NCBI RefSeq assembly: GCF_000143415.4
Contig: NW_003314319.1
Coordinates: 772,365-836,364, forward strand
DNA from: Selaginella moellendorffii
Taxonomy: Eukaryota; Plantae; Lycopodiophyta
DNA length: 64,000 nt
Direction: 5' to 3'
This document shows positions 37,340 through 50,687 of the stretch, piece by piece. A program made the position numbers and the translations under genes. Positions within the stretch are counted from its first letter, which is position 1. The number at the start of each line of letters is the position of its first letter. The notes under the pieces were generated by a model, which made no database searches, was not told the DNA's origin, and was given only the letters and a program-made list of their open reading frames with translations.

Positions 37340-37620
37340 CATCTCGCTCTGGCATCACCGCATACAAACATCGTTCCAATGCTGCGTAGAACAAACGGAT
37401 CGAGCGCACGCCTTGGTGCAAGCATCCAAATCCGAGACCCCATACACAGTGACGCACAAATTGGGCGTCACATCCTTTTCAAAGCTGCCCACTCGCTTCA
37501 TCATCGGATCTGACACGCACACGCGCTTGCAAGCGAATCTATCCTGGGAATCCAAATCCTGCTGCTGCTGCTCGCTCTCATCGAGCGATGATCGCCAGCG
37601 CCGCCATCTCTCCGCAATGC
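37340..37620 (-). pseudogene. Small Cys-rich plant protein fragment resembling the At5g64816 family; other copies at ~51360-51630 and ~58625-58890
   Basis: FACKRVC...MMKRVGSFxKD...CVTxCGVSDLDACxxACARSVC...WNDVCMRRCQSECL (family recognised from memory). Confidence 0.6.
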
Positions 37621-38089
37621 CAATCACCATTGTTAAAGCTAGAAAGGGGAAAAAGTGAGTGAGGTGGGCATCTTTCTGTCCAACCAATGTAAATCATGCT
37701 CGCCACTCTCTTCCCTTGCATCACTAGCACTTGAGGTATATGACACAGCGCCACTCTTGCCGCTCTTCCCGCGCCGCCACAGCCGGATCATCGTGGCGGA
37801 GCCTGTGATTCCCTAGCACACGAGCCACTAAGCTATCCACTCGTAGATTAGAAGGATTGTATCGATATACAAGGAAAGAAAGAATATCCACTTGGAGCCA
37901 GAGGGTACGGCCTCGATTGTGCCAAACCCGGGAAAGGAGAAGAGCCTCACGTCACATCGCTAGACAACGCTCTTAAAGAATTTTGGAGCACGGCATCAAT
38001 GGGAGTCGAACCGCGACTGTTGCTAGTCGAACCCCGGATGTTCTCCACGTGCGGTAGGGTTGAAGGATTGTGTGGATGGGGGGGATTGT

Positions 38090-38200
38090 CGACTGTGGTG
38101 TGCCGCGCGGTCATCATCAGCAATGGCGCCGCTGGAGCTGAGCATCAATCCATTGGTTTGGTCCGGGCGCTCGGCCTTGCCAGCAGCTACACCATCTATA
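38090..38200 (+). pseudogene. N-terminal fragment of an ELM1-like (mitochondrial fission) gene
   Basis: RAVIISNGAAGAEHQSIGLVRALGL resembles the ELM1 N-terminal motif; no downstream continuation. Confidence 0.55.
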
Positions 38201-39008
38201 AGAGTTCTTTTGCTCGCTGCGCGCGTCTTGTTCCCGGCGCTGGCATCACATCCAAGGGTATTGTGGATTTTTCGGAGCTCCTAGTCTCGATCCGGTTCGT
38301 GGCGCGCCCCAAATTTCGCACAGCCGATGCATGACGACGGTGTAGCGGCATCGGGTGTCGATGACCACTATTCCAGGTCTCGCGTTTTCATGTGTGCAAG
38401 AGGATTGGACAGAATTGATGAGGAGATAGATCGCTCGCCGGTATGCTCAGCAGGCGCTATGATCCACCGTTACCGGTAAAACATCCTACTGGAACACCGC
38501 CAACGCGCAGATCAACAAGGTTATGTATTCTCCTCTACAGGAAGAATGTGCTTCCACCGCTTTGAGTAAGACCAAGATCGGCGCATCGGTGTGGATTTCG
38601 TTGGAGCGAATGCGAACAGTGAAGCCGGTGCTTGTTCTCGGGCTTTTTGATACTCTGAAGATCGTGCCAGTAGTATCGAACATGGTACCGCATTGTCGTC
38701 CAGGATCTTGCGAATGGTCATCTTTCGTTCCTTTTGCCGCTTCTTCTTCACAGGTGTTAAGAATGGAACCTAGAGTTCGTGGTGTTTCGTACATGAAGGA
38801 TTACGGCAACGCGAGGTGGATCGAGAAATGAGGATCGATCAGAAGAACACGCTCGTGAGTAGAGTTGGAACGAAGAAGGCCAAGAACGCGGTAAGTTTTC
38901 TATTGTTTCTATTGTTTCTTCGTTTTTTTTTCTTACAACTTTTTCTCCAGCTGCAAAGAATGTCGAGAGCTGATTGATCTAAGGACGCGCATTTTGATTC
39001 TGGAGGCC

Positions 39009-40465
39009 ATGGAAGGCGAGGACACGACTTACCGATCGCTGCTGCGGGAGCTCCAGGTAAGCCTCGGGTGCTCGCGAAATATTGCCTCTGGAGTTTCTCA
39101 CGATCGCGGTGGATCGGCCGCGCGTAGAGCATCTGGGAGGAGATGGGGGAGAGCGACGAGGAGAGGGACAGAATGCTGCTCCAGCTGGAGCAAGAATGCC
39201 TGGATGTGTACCGGTGGAAGGTGGATCAAGCGAATTGCGTGAGGGCTGGGCTGCACCAGCTGCTGGCGGATTCCGAGTCGGAGCTCGCGTCGCTCCTGTT
39301 GCTCCTGGGTGATCGCCCTTGCACGGTATGCTTTGTTTGATCCATCTCACAGTGCTTTTCCAATGCCCGTTGTTCTTCCTCCCAGTTAGAGAAGAGGTCG
39401 GGCAATACTCTGCGGGAGCAGCTCTTGTCCGTCTCACCTCAGTTAGAATGCTTGCGTCTGCGGAAAGAGGAGCGGCTGATTTGAGGACGTGCAATGCCAG
39501 ATACAAAGGCTCTCTCAGGAGATATCGCCAGGGACATTGCAAGAGGCCGAGAATGTATATTATTATATCAGGTATAAATTTATTCTGTTTACATTTCTTG
39601 GCTGATGTGTCGTGTGCACAGGGATGGTGGACTTGTCAGAGCTACTTGCTACAATCGAAAGTAGTATCGCGGAGGCGAAGGAAGAATCACTCGGTAGACA
39701 AGATATAATGGAAAGAATGGAACGATGGATTAGTGCATGTGAAGAAGAAAGTTGGCTTGAAGAATACAATAAGGTATGAGCGTTACGCTATTTCACTTAT
39801 TCATTTTCGATTGTAGGATGAAAGCCGCTTCAATGCAACCAGAGGAGCACATTTGAATCTAAAACGTGCAGAAAGAGCTCGTGTCATCGTGGCCAAACTC
39901 CCCAGTGCGTTTGAATTCTTTGTTTGCTATTTCCTTTTCTCAGTTTTCACAACCCTTTTGCAGATCTTCTTGAATCATTGAAGTCCAAAACGCGAAAGAG
40001 GCAGGCCCTTCTTATATAACGGGGTAAGTAAGTGATTTTCGTAGACGCTTCTGAGAGTGCTTTGCAGATTTCTCTACTGGCAATTCTAGAAGAATATAGC
40101 TTGCTACGACGAGAGAAAGAAAAAGAAAAGCGCCGACTGAGGGTAACTCTGCAGTTTAGTGCCTGTTGAGACGTTAACTGGCTAAATGCAGGAGGAGAAG
40201 AGAATGCAGGAGCAACTGCAAACTGAGCAGGAGCTGCTCTACGTCCAAAAAGGGACAGGTGGGACTTCGCGTGAGTGGAAACAATGCAAACCGACGACTT
40301 TCGATAGTCCCTGAGCTTTTACCCGCACCTAAGGCTAGCAATCAGGGTCCTCAAAAGGGTACCCGGGTGAAACGCTACTCTCCGATGTTATATTACGTTG
40401 CCTTGCGTAAGGATCCCGAAGGTTCTTCGATTGGATCAGCTCCGGATTCTCCTGTTGCAGCATGA
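39009..40465 (+). pseudogene. MAP65: MAP65/Ase1/PRC1 microtubule-associated protein gene, apparently missing central exons
   Basis: SLLRELQ|SIWEEMGESDEERDRMLLQLEQECLDVY; WISACEEESWLEEYNK|[22 protein letters not shown]; short GT-AG introns. Confidence 0.85.
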
Positions 40466-40922
40466 AGGTCAGGTTTTTGTTAGAATGGACCCTTGCGTGA
40501 TGTTTTGCCTGTGGTGGCCAGGGCAGTTTTGAAAATTAGGACGATAAGCGGGGTGTAAGTAGAGTTTGTTTCTTGCTATCAAGGCTAATCGAGTATCCTT
40601 TTTCCAGTGCTCCGTGTTTTGTGTATTGGGAAAGCGTAGGAGCGTGTGCTATTTGTTCAAAGCTTTCATTGGTGCAAAGCATCGAACTAATTGTTTCGTG
40701 TTAAGTTTCATTAAAGGTACATACAAGTCTTGGTTTGCTTACACTTGGAACTTTAAATTCTTCGCGCAGCTTCGGCTGTCGAGAATTGACGCAGACAAGG
40801 TTCACACAGGTTATACTCTCAAATGATTGAAAGGATCGCAGGCTTGACATGCTATGTACAAGAGAGCCGAAACAACGCTTTTAAACGGACTCCATTCCTT
40901 GGCAGCGGGCAAGGACCAAAGC

Positions 40923-41286
40923 ATGGCCAGGGCCGGGGCTAGCTTACTTCCTGTCCTTCTCGAGAATTCTCAGGTAAGCACATCTTTCGAGCTCGCAGCT
41001 CTCTTCACTAACAGCTTCTCTGCAGGGATGCTTCACCAAAAGCGACTACAACATCTTCCCTGTTGCAGGCTGCAAGAAAGACACCGGTCCACCTTTCAAA
41101 GACGGCTGCGGCCTCGCATTCTCCGTGAACGTGACCGACACTCCGGATCCACACTCGCAGCCTGTTGGAAAGTACCGGGGAGTGGAGTTCTTCGTGGACA
41201 ACGGCACCATCGCGCACCTGTCTGGGCATGTCACCTTGGATGATCTCCAGTGCACGGTGAGCTTCCAGGACGGACCGGGGCCATAG
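40923..41286 (+). pseudogene. Dirigent-like protein fragment, intron 40974-41025, 3'-truncated
   Basis: Spliced frame ...GLAFSVNVTDTPDPHSQPVGKYRGVEF...CTVSFQ resembles the dirigent T-x-x-P...VG-x-x-x-G pattern. Confidence 0.4.
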
Positions 41287-41447
41287 AGACTATGCGGCCT
41301 TGTTTAGAGCCTCTAGAAGTTTCCAGGAGAAGGACATTTGCTCCAGCGCGTCCAAGAGACGACTCTGGTACTTACCTGGAGACCACGTAAGAAGTTTTGG
41401 CCTTATATCGGTGCCATTTTAGCTGAAGCGGACACGATTTTTCGATC

Positions 41448-44400
41448 ATGGAGTGTGTGAGCGGCTTGCTGAGCCAGCTGTGTGGCTTGGGTCTGGACGC
41501 TGCCAAGAAGGTTTGGGACTGCAATGCCAACATTGAAAGGCTGGGGAATGCCATGGCACCCCACATTCAGGCCAAGATCGACGCTTTCGGTCGCCACAAG
41601 GAGCGAAATGGACGTGGCTTTATGTTTTCTGAAGCGGCCGAGGAATGCTTGGAGCGTGTCAGGAAATGGAATAGCAAGGCGCAAGAACTCTTGAGATCAC
41701 GCAACAACAGGATCTGGAGCCCCGTTAGACGGTATGTTTTGCAGCATTTTTGTGCAAGAAGGCTGAATTTATTTCTTCATATAGGTACAAGCGGAGTGGC
41801 AAGATCATGGAGTGCATAAGCTCCTACCAGGATCTCCTGTCGCAGATCGAAAGTCACGGGCACGAGCTGAATGTGGACATTGCGATGCTGGAAAAGGGGG
41901 GGGGGGGGGGGCAGCATCCAGGCCTTGCTTAACAAGTTTCATACTCACAAGCAACGGAATCCAGAGTTCCGCTATTCTGATGGAGCCGAGGAGTGTCTTG
42001 ATCTTGTCACAAAATGGAACGACAACGCGCAAGCACTGCTGGGATCACAGTAAGCTTACACAAGAGCTCTAACAAAATATCTGTGGATCTTTCACAGGGA
42101 GAAGCGTTATGGCGAGATCTCGAAGCTGATACACAGCTACGAGGGCGATCTCCTTCCGAAAATGGAAAGGTACGAGCGAGAAGAGTTGAGAGTGATAAAG
42201 CCGAGCACTAGCTTCGCCGTACGGAGTTCCCCGCAAGACAGAGGCCCTGCAAAAAAATATGTACGGCGTGTTGTTCCTGTGGCCACGTTTGGGGGCCATG
42301 AGCAACTGCTGGATGAGGTGGTGAATGCCCTCTTGGATCCTGAAGCCCGTAGCAAATGGGTTGGACTGTTGGGAATGGGAGGGTGTGGAAAGACCACCCT
42401 CGCAAGCTGCCCGCACAATGACGAGAGGGTGCGGGAGCATTTCCATGACTACATTGTGTGGATCACTGTGAAGAAAGATGCTTCGGAGGACGATCTCAAG
42501 GCCCAGCTCCTCAACGCTCTTGAATGGGGTGAAATGAAAGAGAGGGCCAAAGGAAGCCTTGACGACGTGCAGCACTTGGCACGCGATGTTGCTGGTGGTA
42601 ACCGTGTCTTGCTGGTACTGGATGATGTGTGGGACTGGAGCTGGGCAAAGGAACTGGATTTTATAGCACGGCCATCCTCTGGCCGGATCCTGGTAACAAC
42701 CAGAAAGGAAGGCATTTTGCGCAGTCTGGATGCAAAGGCATTTCCTGTGCATGAGCTATCAATGGACGAAAGCAAAAAGATGTTTTGGAAGTTTGCCTTC
42801 GGTGTGCATGATCCACAACCCAGTGACCCTGATGTGGGATTTGCCAAGAAAATAGCTCGAAAATGTGAGGGACTTCCTCTAGCTCTGGAAGTGATTGGCA
42901 GTGCCATGGCTGTCCACAGAAGTGAAGGGCCACATGTGTGGGAAGAACGATATAAAAGGTTGCACTTGTCCAATGATCCAGACGTTGAGAAGTAGATGTT
43001 CAAGCGCTTGAAGTTCAGCTATGACGAACTGGGAAAGTATGAGGGTGAAAAGCTGCAAGAGTGCTTTCTCTATCTGGCTGCATTCCCAGAAGACGAGGAG
43101 ATTGAGTTTACTGAGTTGAGGAAATGTTGGATGGAGGTTGGGTCAGAACTCTCACCCACAGCGATTGTCAATGAACTGGAACGGAGATGCCTGGTCAAGA
43201 TATATAAGTCTTGGAGGGATGAAGAAGCTCCTGGTTATATAATCGTACACGATATGCTACGCAAACTGTGCATAAGAATCTTAAAAGGGAAGTACAGTCC
43301 ACAGCAAGAGCACGAGAAGGATGCCTGTTTGGATATGACTGGACAATTGGCATTCGGGATGCAACATTTGCTAAAGTCTCATTCTTCTCATGGCAGCTTT
43401 CTATCCGATAATCATGTGCGTGATGTCTTACTTCTGGATAAATGTAAAGGACTTTCTAATGTGGATGACAATCTTATCAATCACATACAAGGTGTCAAGG
43501 TATTGAGCTTGCGGAAATGCTCTAAGATCCATTTTATTCCAGAGAGCATTTCCAAGCTGAAAAACCTTCAACTGCTTGACATTCGAGGAACAAAAGCGAG
43601 TCAACTACCAGATGCGCTTTTCAGCCTGACATCACTGAAATATCTAAAATCTACTCAGTTTGCATTACTGCCCCAGCTCTCCAACTTGGAAGAGCTGGAG
43701 CTGACCCTTGATTCAAAAGAAGACTCATCAGTTGTGGATTTGACTGGAATTTCGCGTAAACTAAAACTTCTAGAGCTAAGAATGATAGATGGTACAATGA
43801 AGGTGCCAGAAAGCATGGGGACACTGGAGCACATTGAAACATTGGTTTTACATGCAAAGAGCATCGACTTTGTCAGTATCGTTGGGCTATGGCAACTTGT
43901 CAACCTAAGAACATGTGAAATTCACATGGAATCCGTCAGTAGACTTCCGTTGAAGCGAATGTTTAAGAAATCAATCAGGCTTAAAGATTTTTCCATTTCT
44001 GGGGTAGAAGACAGTGAAAATAATGATGACAGTGGCTGCAACTACGATATTTACGCATCCGTGAAATTATAAACCTATCTTGGTTGCCCCACCGCCTAGA
44101 AAAACTTGAAATTGACTGCAGTCGTATCCACTTCTTCAACCTGGTCCATGGACCATTCCCAGGTGTTAAATTTCTGATACTTACTAATCTACACTTTGCA
44201 CAGTCAGAATTCAAGGATGATTTTGCTGCCAGTCTTCCAAATCTGAAGGAGTTGGAGTTTGAGCTAGCTCCTGATATTGAATGGGAGCACTTGCCTCTCT
44301 TTGTGACACAGCTCCCCAATCGCCTCGAGTCTCTGGGAATAACGGGTTGCATAAAGAGACTGTTGTTGCCAACCGAGAGGTCATCACTCAAGGTTCAATT

Positions 44401-44704
44401 TCTTTCAGTATGGTGCAGGAAGATGCAAAATGATTTCTTTGAGCCATCAGATCAAATGACTGATATAGAAGCCATGCACTTGATCAGTGATGATGAGACT
44501 ATCGTTCCATCGTCCATTGCATCGCTGCCATGTTTGAAACGTCTTAACATTTCGGGGCGAAGCGTGATACATAACGATGCACTGTGGTCCCACAATCACA
44601 GCCAGGGCGCATTTCCCAGGCTGAAAAGGCTAGACTGCCCGGAAGGCATGAAAATTCCACCTTGGCTTGAGGACCGCCCCAATCTCAAGACACGTAAGTT
44701 TTAA
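41448..44704 (+). pseudogene. NLR copy 3, the most complete: duplicated helical N-terminal domain, NB-ARC and LRR; stop at 42993-42995 and frameshifts
   Basis: P-loop GMGGCGKTTLA, LLVLDDVW, GLPLAL, VHDML, LRRs; two small introns at ~41732-41784 and ~42050-42097. Confidence 0.9.
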
Positions 44705-44795
44705 TTTCCAAAGCGTTTTGGTATTCGAACGTCCCACCTCTACATAGTTTGACATATTTTCCTCTAAATTAATATACAAAAATGCGACCGCAGCA

Positions 44796-47700
44796 CTACT
44801 CTTCCACCAGGAGAGCTTCGCCTCTCACGTCCCCGGCAATCTCTAGCACCTCGGGTTTGCTCCTTGTCAATTCCAATTCTTGTTCAGCTGCTACCTCGGT
44901 TTTGCGCACAACAGCACCACCTTTGCCGGCTCTTATCCTCCCCAGGAAACCTCTCACGAGAGCCTGCATTTTCGTTGCAGCGCCCTGGATGTACGGCCTG
45001 GATCCGCTTAACGTTAGTATCAAAAGCTTGGAATAGCAGCTACTTACAGTTGGTCCAATCTTATACAGTGTCAGCATTTCCAGCGGCTTCTTGAAAGGGA
45101 TTCCTTTGTTTGGAACTCGAAAACTCATCACCTCGTACTCTATTCTCATGTACCTGAGCAGAACAAAGAAAAAAATGAGTGAGAGACAAAGAGAGATTGA
45201 GAGGAACACGCCAAACCATTGGGTCTCGTCCAACGGACCCCCGAGGGCGTTTACAAATCGATGCAGCTTGTGCATGCCAATGTATCCTGTACCACTGGAC
45301 GATTGTAAAGTTAGTTCCACAAGGACTTGAACGTAATTAAGTGGCTTACTTGGGATAGAATGGTTCTTGGCTCCACAAGTTTCGATATGCTAACAGGTGC
45401 TCTGGCATGACCATAGAGTTCTCGTTCACAAGGCCGAAGGTTACAGCATCCAGTATGACAGCCACACACAAGTTCATGAATATGTGACTCCCGACCAAGA
45501 CCAAGAAGGCGAAGAAGATACTTCGGCCCTCTGGATAGCCACAATCATATCAAGAGTTGTAACCTGTAAAAGAAAAGCGAAACTGAAAGTGATAAAAAAG
45601 CAAGGCTTTACCTGAAACACCGCGATGAAAGCGTTGACGAAAGTGTGAAAGTTGACAGACGGGCCAATGCAGGGTCCTTCCTTCATTGCACTGAAGAGTT
45701 GGAACGCCATCCCCGCGAACATATACATGAAAATTGCGAGAAGAGCAAGTATCTCAGCTACCGTTGGCAAACAGATGAACTTTGTTCGCATGCTCCCGCT
45801 ACGTGAGGAGTGATGCAAAAAACTCAAGCAATGTAGGCAGTGCGGCTGACATAGCCCCTCACCGTCCCTTCTTTCCCATGAGACCAATGGCGGCCATTAT
45901 GGAGAGTCCAAACTCCATTTGCCGTGCAACCTCGTTCTTATAGACCTTCCACTGGCGGGCAAGCGAGATGGAGCTGGCGCTAGCGGCGGCGGCGGCGGCG
46001 GCGGCGGCGGAGGGGGCTACGATTTCACGGTCAGGGGATCAGTTGCCGCCGTGGAGAAAGGAAAAACCAGGTGGTCAAACAAAAAACAATCGAGAAAAAG
46101 ATGAATGAGGTACCTCGTTGCCAAGGAACTTCATCACGGATTCGAGCAGGAAATATGTTGTAATCGCACAGTGAGCCATCTGACGCCGGTCCGAAACAAC
46201 TGCCGACTGGCCAGCATAGTTAGTTGCAAGTAGCCTGGAGTAGCCAAGGAGTGCGAGGATCATGCACTTTTGATATGTCAGATTGCGAATCAAGTAGAAG
46301 CACATCCCTCGGATGGGATTGCTTGGTCGTTGAGCCATCGGAATAGCATCAGTTCTCTGGATGATACGGTTCATGTCCCTCCACAGCTTCTGCCTCTCTG
46401 TGAGAAGAACTGCTCCAGAATTTTTTCCAAACTCGTTGATAAACACCCCGATGAAAACTCTGACGATATAAATCCCCCAATACAGCAGAATGCCACAAAA
46501 AACAAGGCGTTGACAGGACTCGCGTTCCGAACAGGCTGGTGGTCTTCCCTAGTGATGTACATGACAGGATACATGAAGTGCATCAGCCAGTTCTCGAAAG
46601 TGGAGCAGACGAACATACTGAGCAGGGCATTCTGAATGTTGTCGAAGTGGAAAACGTTATTAACCCAGGTTCGCGGAGCAAGGATTCCGATGTCATTAAC
46701 ATAGAGGCCAGCACAATATGCTCGGTGTGTGATTGTCGGGTCATTGCATTTCCAGAGAAGGCCCCGAAACTGCTGCAGCCCGATGGTTCCAAATATTAGG
46801 AGAATTGAAAATGTGAAGAGAATAACTGACACAATTGCTGGAATAGTCCGAAAAAGATTTGATAATAATGACCTCAGTCCTGTAAACCGAACCACGAAAC
46901 GAAATGACCGAAGAGAAGTAAACACGGTTGGTATGGAAGTTTCATCCTCAGCGTTATACTTCAGAAGAATAAGCGCATCAGTGACGAGAATAAACAAGTC
47001 CAAGATGTTGAACCAGTTACTCAGGTACGTGTCTGGCGCAAAAACAAGTCCCTGTGCAACGATCTTCATAGCAAAAAGACCTGCTCCAGAACAATGTACA
47101 ATGTCGAGCAAAATAAGATAAGCATGTGCTTAGCACAAAGTTGATCTTCTGTAAACTCCAGATGAAATCGGGGACAATTATCGGCTCTCCATCATCTCCC
47201 ATCTCAACTACGAGTCAAGTATTGATGACCATCCAAACTATCACAAACCACAAGTACGGTTTACTGCCGAGGATCTTCCTAGACAGGATCCTTATCGTGT
47301 TGATAGAAGAAGCGACCCTTCTCGCAAGTACCATGGTCTCTGTATGGTTGTATGAGTTCTCTCGAGCTCTTCGTACTCCGACAGCTGGAAAGATTTCCTG
47401 TTGCTAGAGGCCCTGCTTAGATTTCTCCCAATTTTTGGACTACTGAGAATCTTGACGATCTTGAAGTGCGGTTCTTGAACCCCTCTTTTCACCGATATTA
47501 GAGGGAAAACCAGAAACCTGTAAAACTTGGGAAGAACGCCTGTGACGCGACGGCAGTGCTTCAGAAGACTCTGCAGCTGGAACGACCGATGATGGGGCCT
47601 CTAAAGCGGATCCAGTAGTACCCCCATCAGCCTTAGTTACTGCCGGGCGTTGACGACCCTGGGACCCCTTCTCTCTTAGCCTGGCTTTAACCGGTCTTAC

Positions 47701-50165
47701 GTGATCTTTGACGCTTAACATGCGAGTTGTCATCCGTGACAAACCTTTCATTCCTTCTACCGCGCCCACAACCCAGCTTCCGCTTCTTGTGAGTGCCTGA
47801 CTTTGCATTCTCTTGATGAACTTCATGTGTTCCATCTGAAAGAAAATAGTTCAGTTCTCATTTTTTACCTCACTCACCCATTGGATTCGCTTCTTCTGGT
47901 TGTCAGTAAGCTCGTTTCTCTTGAGCAAGACAGCAATGATAAGATTCATAACGACGTAAACTGTCACGACGAAGTAAAAGACGTATAAAAACGGTGCCAC
48001 TACGCTGCAAACACGAATGCGTCAATACTAGAGATACTTGAGTGACTGCTTACTTATATTGAACTCCAGGTCGCAGGGAATTCCACATTTGGTTTAGCCA
48101 GGATGGTTACCGTAAACCAGACGAGCATGGCTTCCAGTATGGAATCATGATTTCCTCGCAGATACTCTTCAGGAAAGCTGTAATACTGTCCACTGTACAA
48201 TTCCATGCTGATGATAGAGATTGCTATGATAACCAGAAGAAAAAAGGAAAAAAACCCCGCCAAAGAGCCAACACTTTCCATGCATTCCTCGCAGATACTC
48301 TTCAGGAAAGCTGTAATACTGCCCATTGTACAATTCCATGCTGATGATAGAGATTGCTATGATAACCAGAAGAAAAAAGGAAAAAAACCCCGCCAAAGAG
48401 CCAACACTTTCCATGCAAGTAGCCTGTATCACGTACTAAAATCAATCAAAGTGAATGCAGCAACTCACCACTACACTGGGATGTTTTGCAACATACTTCT
48501 TTGAAGAGTAAAACCACCGCATGATTGTTAAATTTGGAAACGAATGAGAACAATAGATATCATAACGATTATCAAGTCCAGCAAATTCATTCCTGGAAAT
48601 TTAAGGATCAGACCAGAAGACAACCGGAAACAATGTACTCACCGTGGCAAAAAATATCGCCAGGACCGTACCCTAGAAAGTACAGCAGAAGTTCCGCGCT
48701 AAAAGAAAAAAGCATTACTGCTTGCAACCCGTCTGCATACAAAATTTATCAGATGAATGAACAGAAAGGAAGTCGTGAAATGAATACCGAGCGTATGCAA
48801 CAACCGTTTTGACATGCCATACTTGAAGGACGATAAGAGCACAATGTTATCAATGTCTTATTGGCTCGCTGCCCTTCAGCATCCTTCACATCATGCATGA
48901 CGAGGCTCCATCCTTCCACAATTATCACCTGCAGAGTGACCACTTTGAAGTGTGCTAAAGGCGATAAGATGCTATGAAGTGACACAAACCTGAAACATGG
49001 TAAGCAGCGAATACCAGAGATAATCAAAAGTTGTCGCGGATTCTGGTATGTCTACAAACAAAAAGATGGATAAGGAATGAGCTTATAGGAAAAACTCACC
49101 ATACAGTTCTGAAATGGTGGACATACGTAGCCGCCAGCAGCTTTTTTGTCACAAAAGCGCATGGGATAAGCAAGTTGCTTGTCCGCTGTTCGAAAGCACC
49201 TGCCCAAGAGGATTTTGATTTCACGTGATAAGAACTATCAAGATTACCTTTGATTCATCGAGCTTTGCAAGAACTGCGTGCCGAGTAGAGAATAGAAAAC
49301 CAACAGAAAAAACGTCAAAAGGATAACGTTTTGGAGAGGACCAACGCTCTTTTTCACGGCCGCCGTGATGGCCTATTGTCAAGTGTTAACAGTGCACAGA
49401 TCAGCCGAAAGGAGATTTACAAACCATACTATGACATCGGCAAAAAATGAGACGTGCTTCAACGCTAGCAGGCCCCGAAACACGCGGAACACGGCTGTCC
49501 GCGCGAAAAAATCATGTCCAGTTATGCACCTCCCAAAGAGCTGGGGAAACACTTACGACCATCAAGTACAAAAGCTCAACATTACCAGGAATCGAAAACA
49601 ATGACAAAGTCGAGCCTATGGATTCCACATGTAGCAGTGACGACCTCTGGTAAAACCAAGAGCCGAAATTTGTAAAACCATTTCAATCCTGCAAACACAA
49701 GTGTGAGGAGAAACAAGGATGGTAAACTTCTATCCATGTACTGATTGTAGAGAAGCCTAAAAATGTATAAGCGTGACGGGCTGTAGAGGCCACAAATTCC
49801 AAGCGCAGTGCCCTCCATTCTTGCTCCAGTCCTGACAGCACTCCGCCTTGCCTTTCTTCCAATATTCTAGAAACAGAACATAAGAACTCTCCAAAGTCAA
49901 AAGAAGTGAAGTTACCATGAGCCTCTTGATCGCAGTGTAAGCCCTCTTGCAGTTCTTGGTTGCCCGGGAATCGGGAATCGCTGGGGCCAGTTGATCCAGT
50001 GCGGCAATCAATGCGGCAGATAAAGACGATGACACTGCTCGGTCGCGATCCGGTGCTCCTTTGCTCAATCGGAGGCAGCCATGTCGGATGCGGAGCTATG
50101 AAATCGTGATCTTCTTGCGGGACGGGATCACTGCAAGAAGTATTTCCAGGCGATCGATCAATCAC
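44796..50165 (-). pseudogene. Four-domain voltage-gated Ca2+/cation channel-like gene, copy C (most complete, multi-exon, disrupted)
   Basis: Pore loops QVIIVEGW (I), CSTFENW (III), QVTTLD (IV); S4-like SLRSFRFVVR; III-IV linker LLTERQKLW; IQ motif. Confidence 0.85.
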
Positions 50166-50687
50166 TAGCTAAGCTACATTATGCCTCTCAGAAAACTACT
50201 CAAACATGCATTCAACCATGACAAAAGTTAAAATAGAGTTCAGCGAACAGGAGAGATAAAAGTTTCCATTGTGTCGTACGAGCCGTTATAGGACATCCTG
50301 ATGTAGAGGGCGATCGTCATAGCTTGCGTCGCCGCCTCAGAGCGCTCATCCACCGGCGAACTCCCTCCGCCAAGAGCCCCCTAATCCAAAAACGCGTGAT
50401 ACCATAATAGCCTTTTCTCCTTGCGATCGTTTTTGTTTCACAGAAGGAAGAATAAAGTATAGGAGAAAAAACTCCTCTGCATTGATAGCTTGGATCGTAT
50501 AACTGCCTGTAGTTCCAAGCCTGACAGACGTAGTTCCCATGCAGCCGGAGCTTTCTCAGCTGTGCAGCATTTGGTCCGAGAGTGCTTGGCCACAAAACTC
50601 GAGCTCCAAAGCCTGAAAGTAAAAATGAGAGTGCTTGGCCACAAAACCCGAGCTCCAAAGCCTGAAAGTAAAAATGTTATGCATTAT

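Noticed and set aside
45983-46009. (GGC)n tract
   Set aside because: Ordinary microsatellite inside the channel gene region
48147-48416. ~134-bp tandem duplication within a channel exon
   Set aside because: Real but simply a disrupting local duplication in a pseudogene
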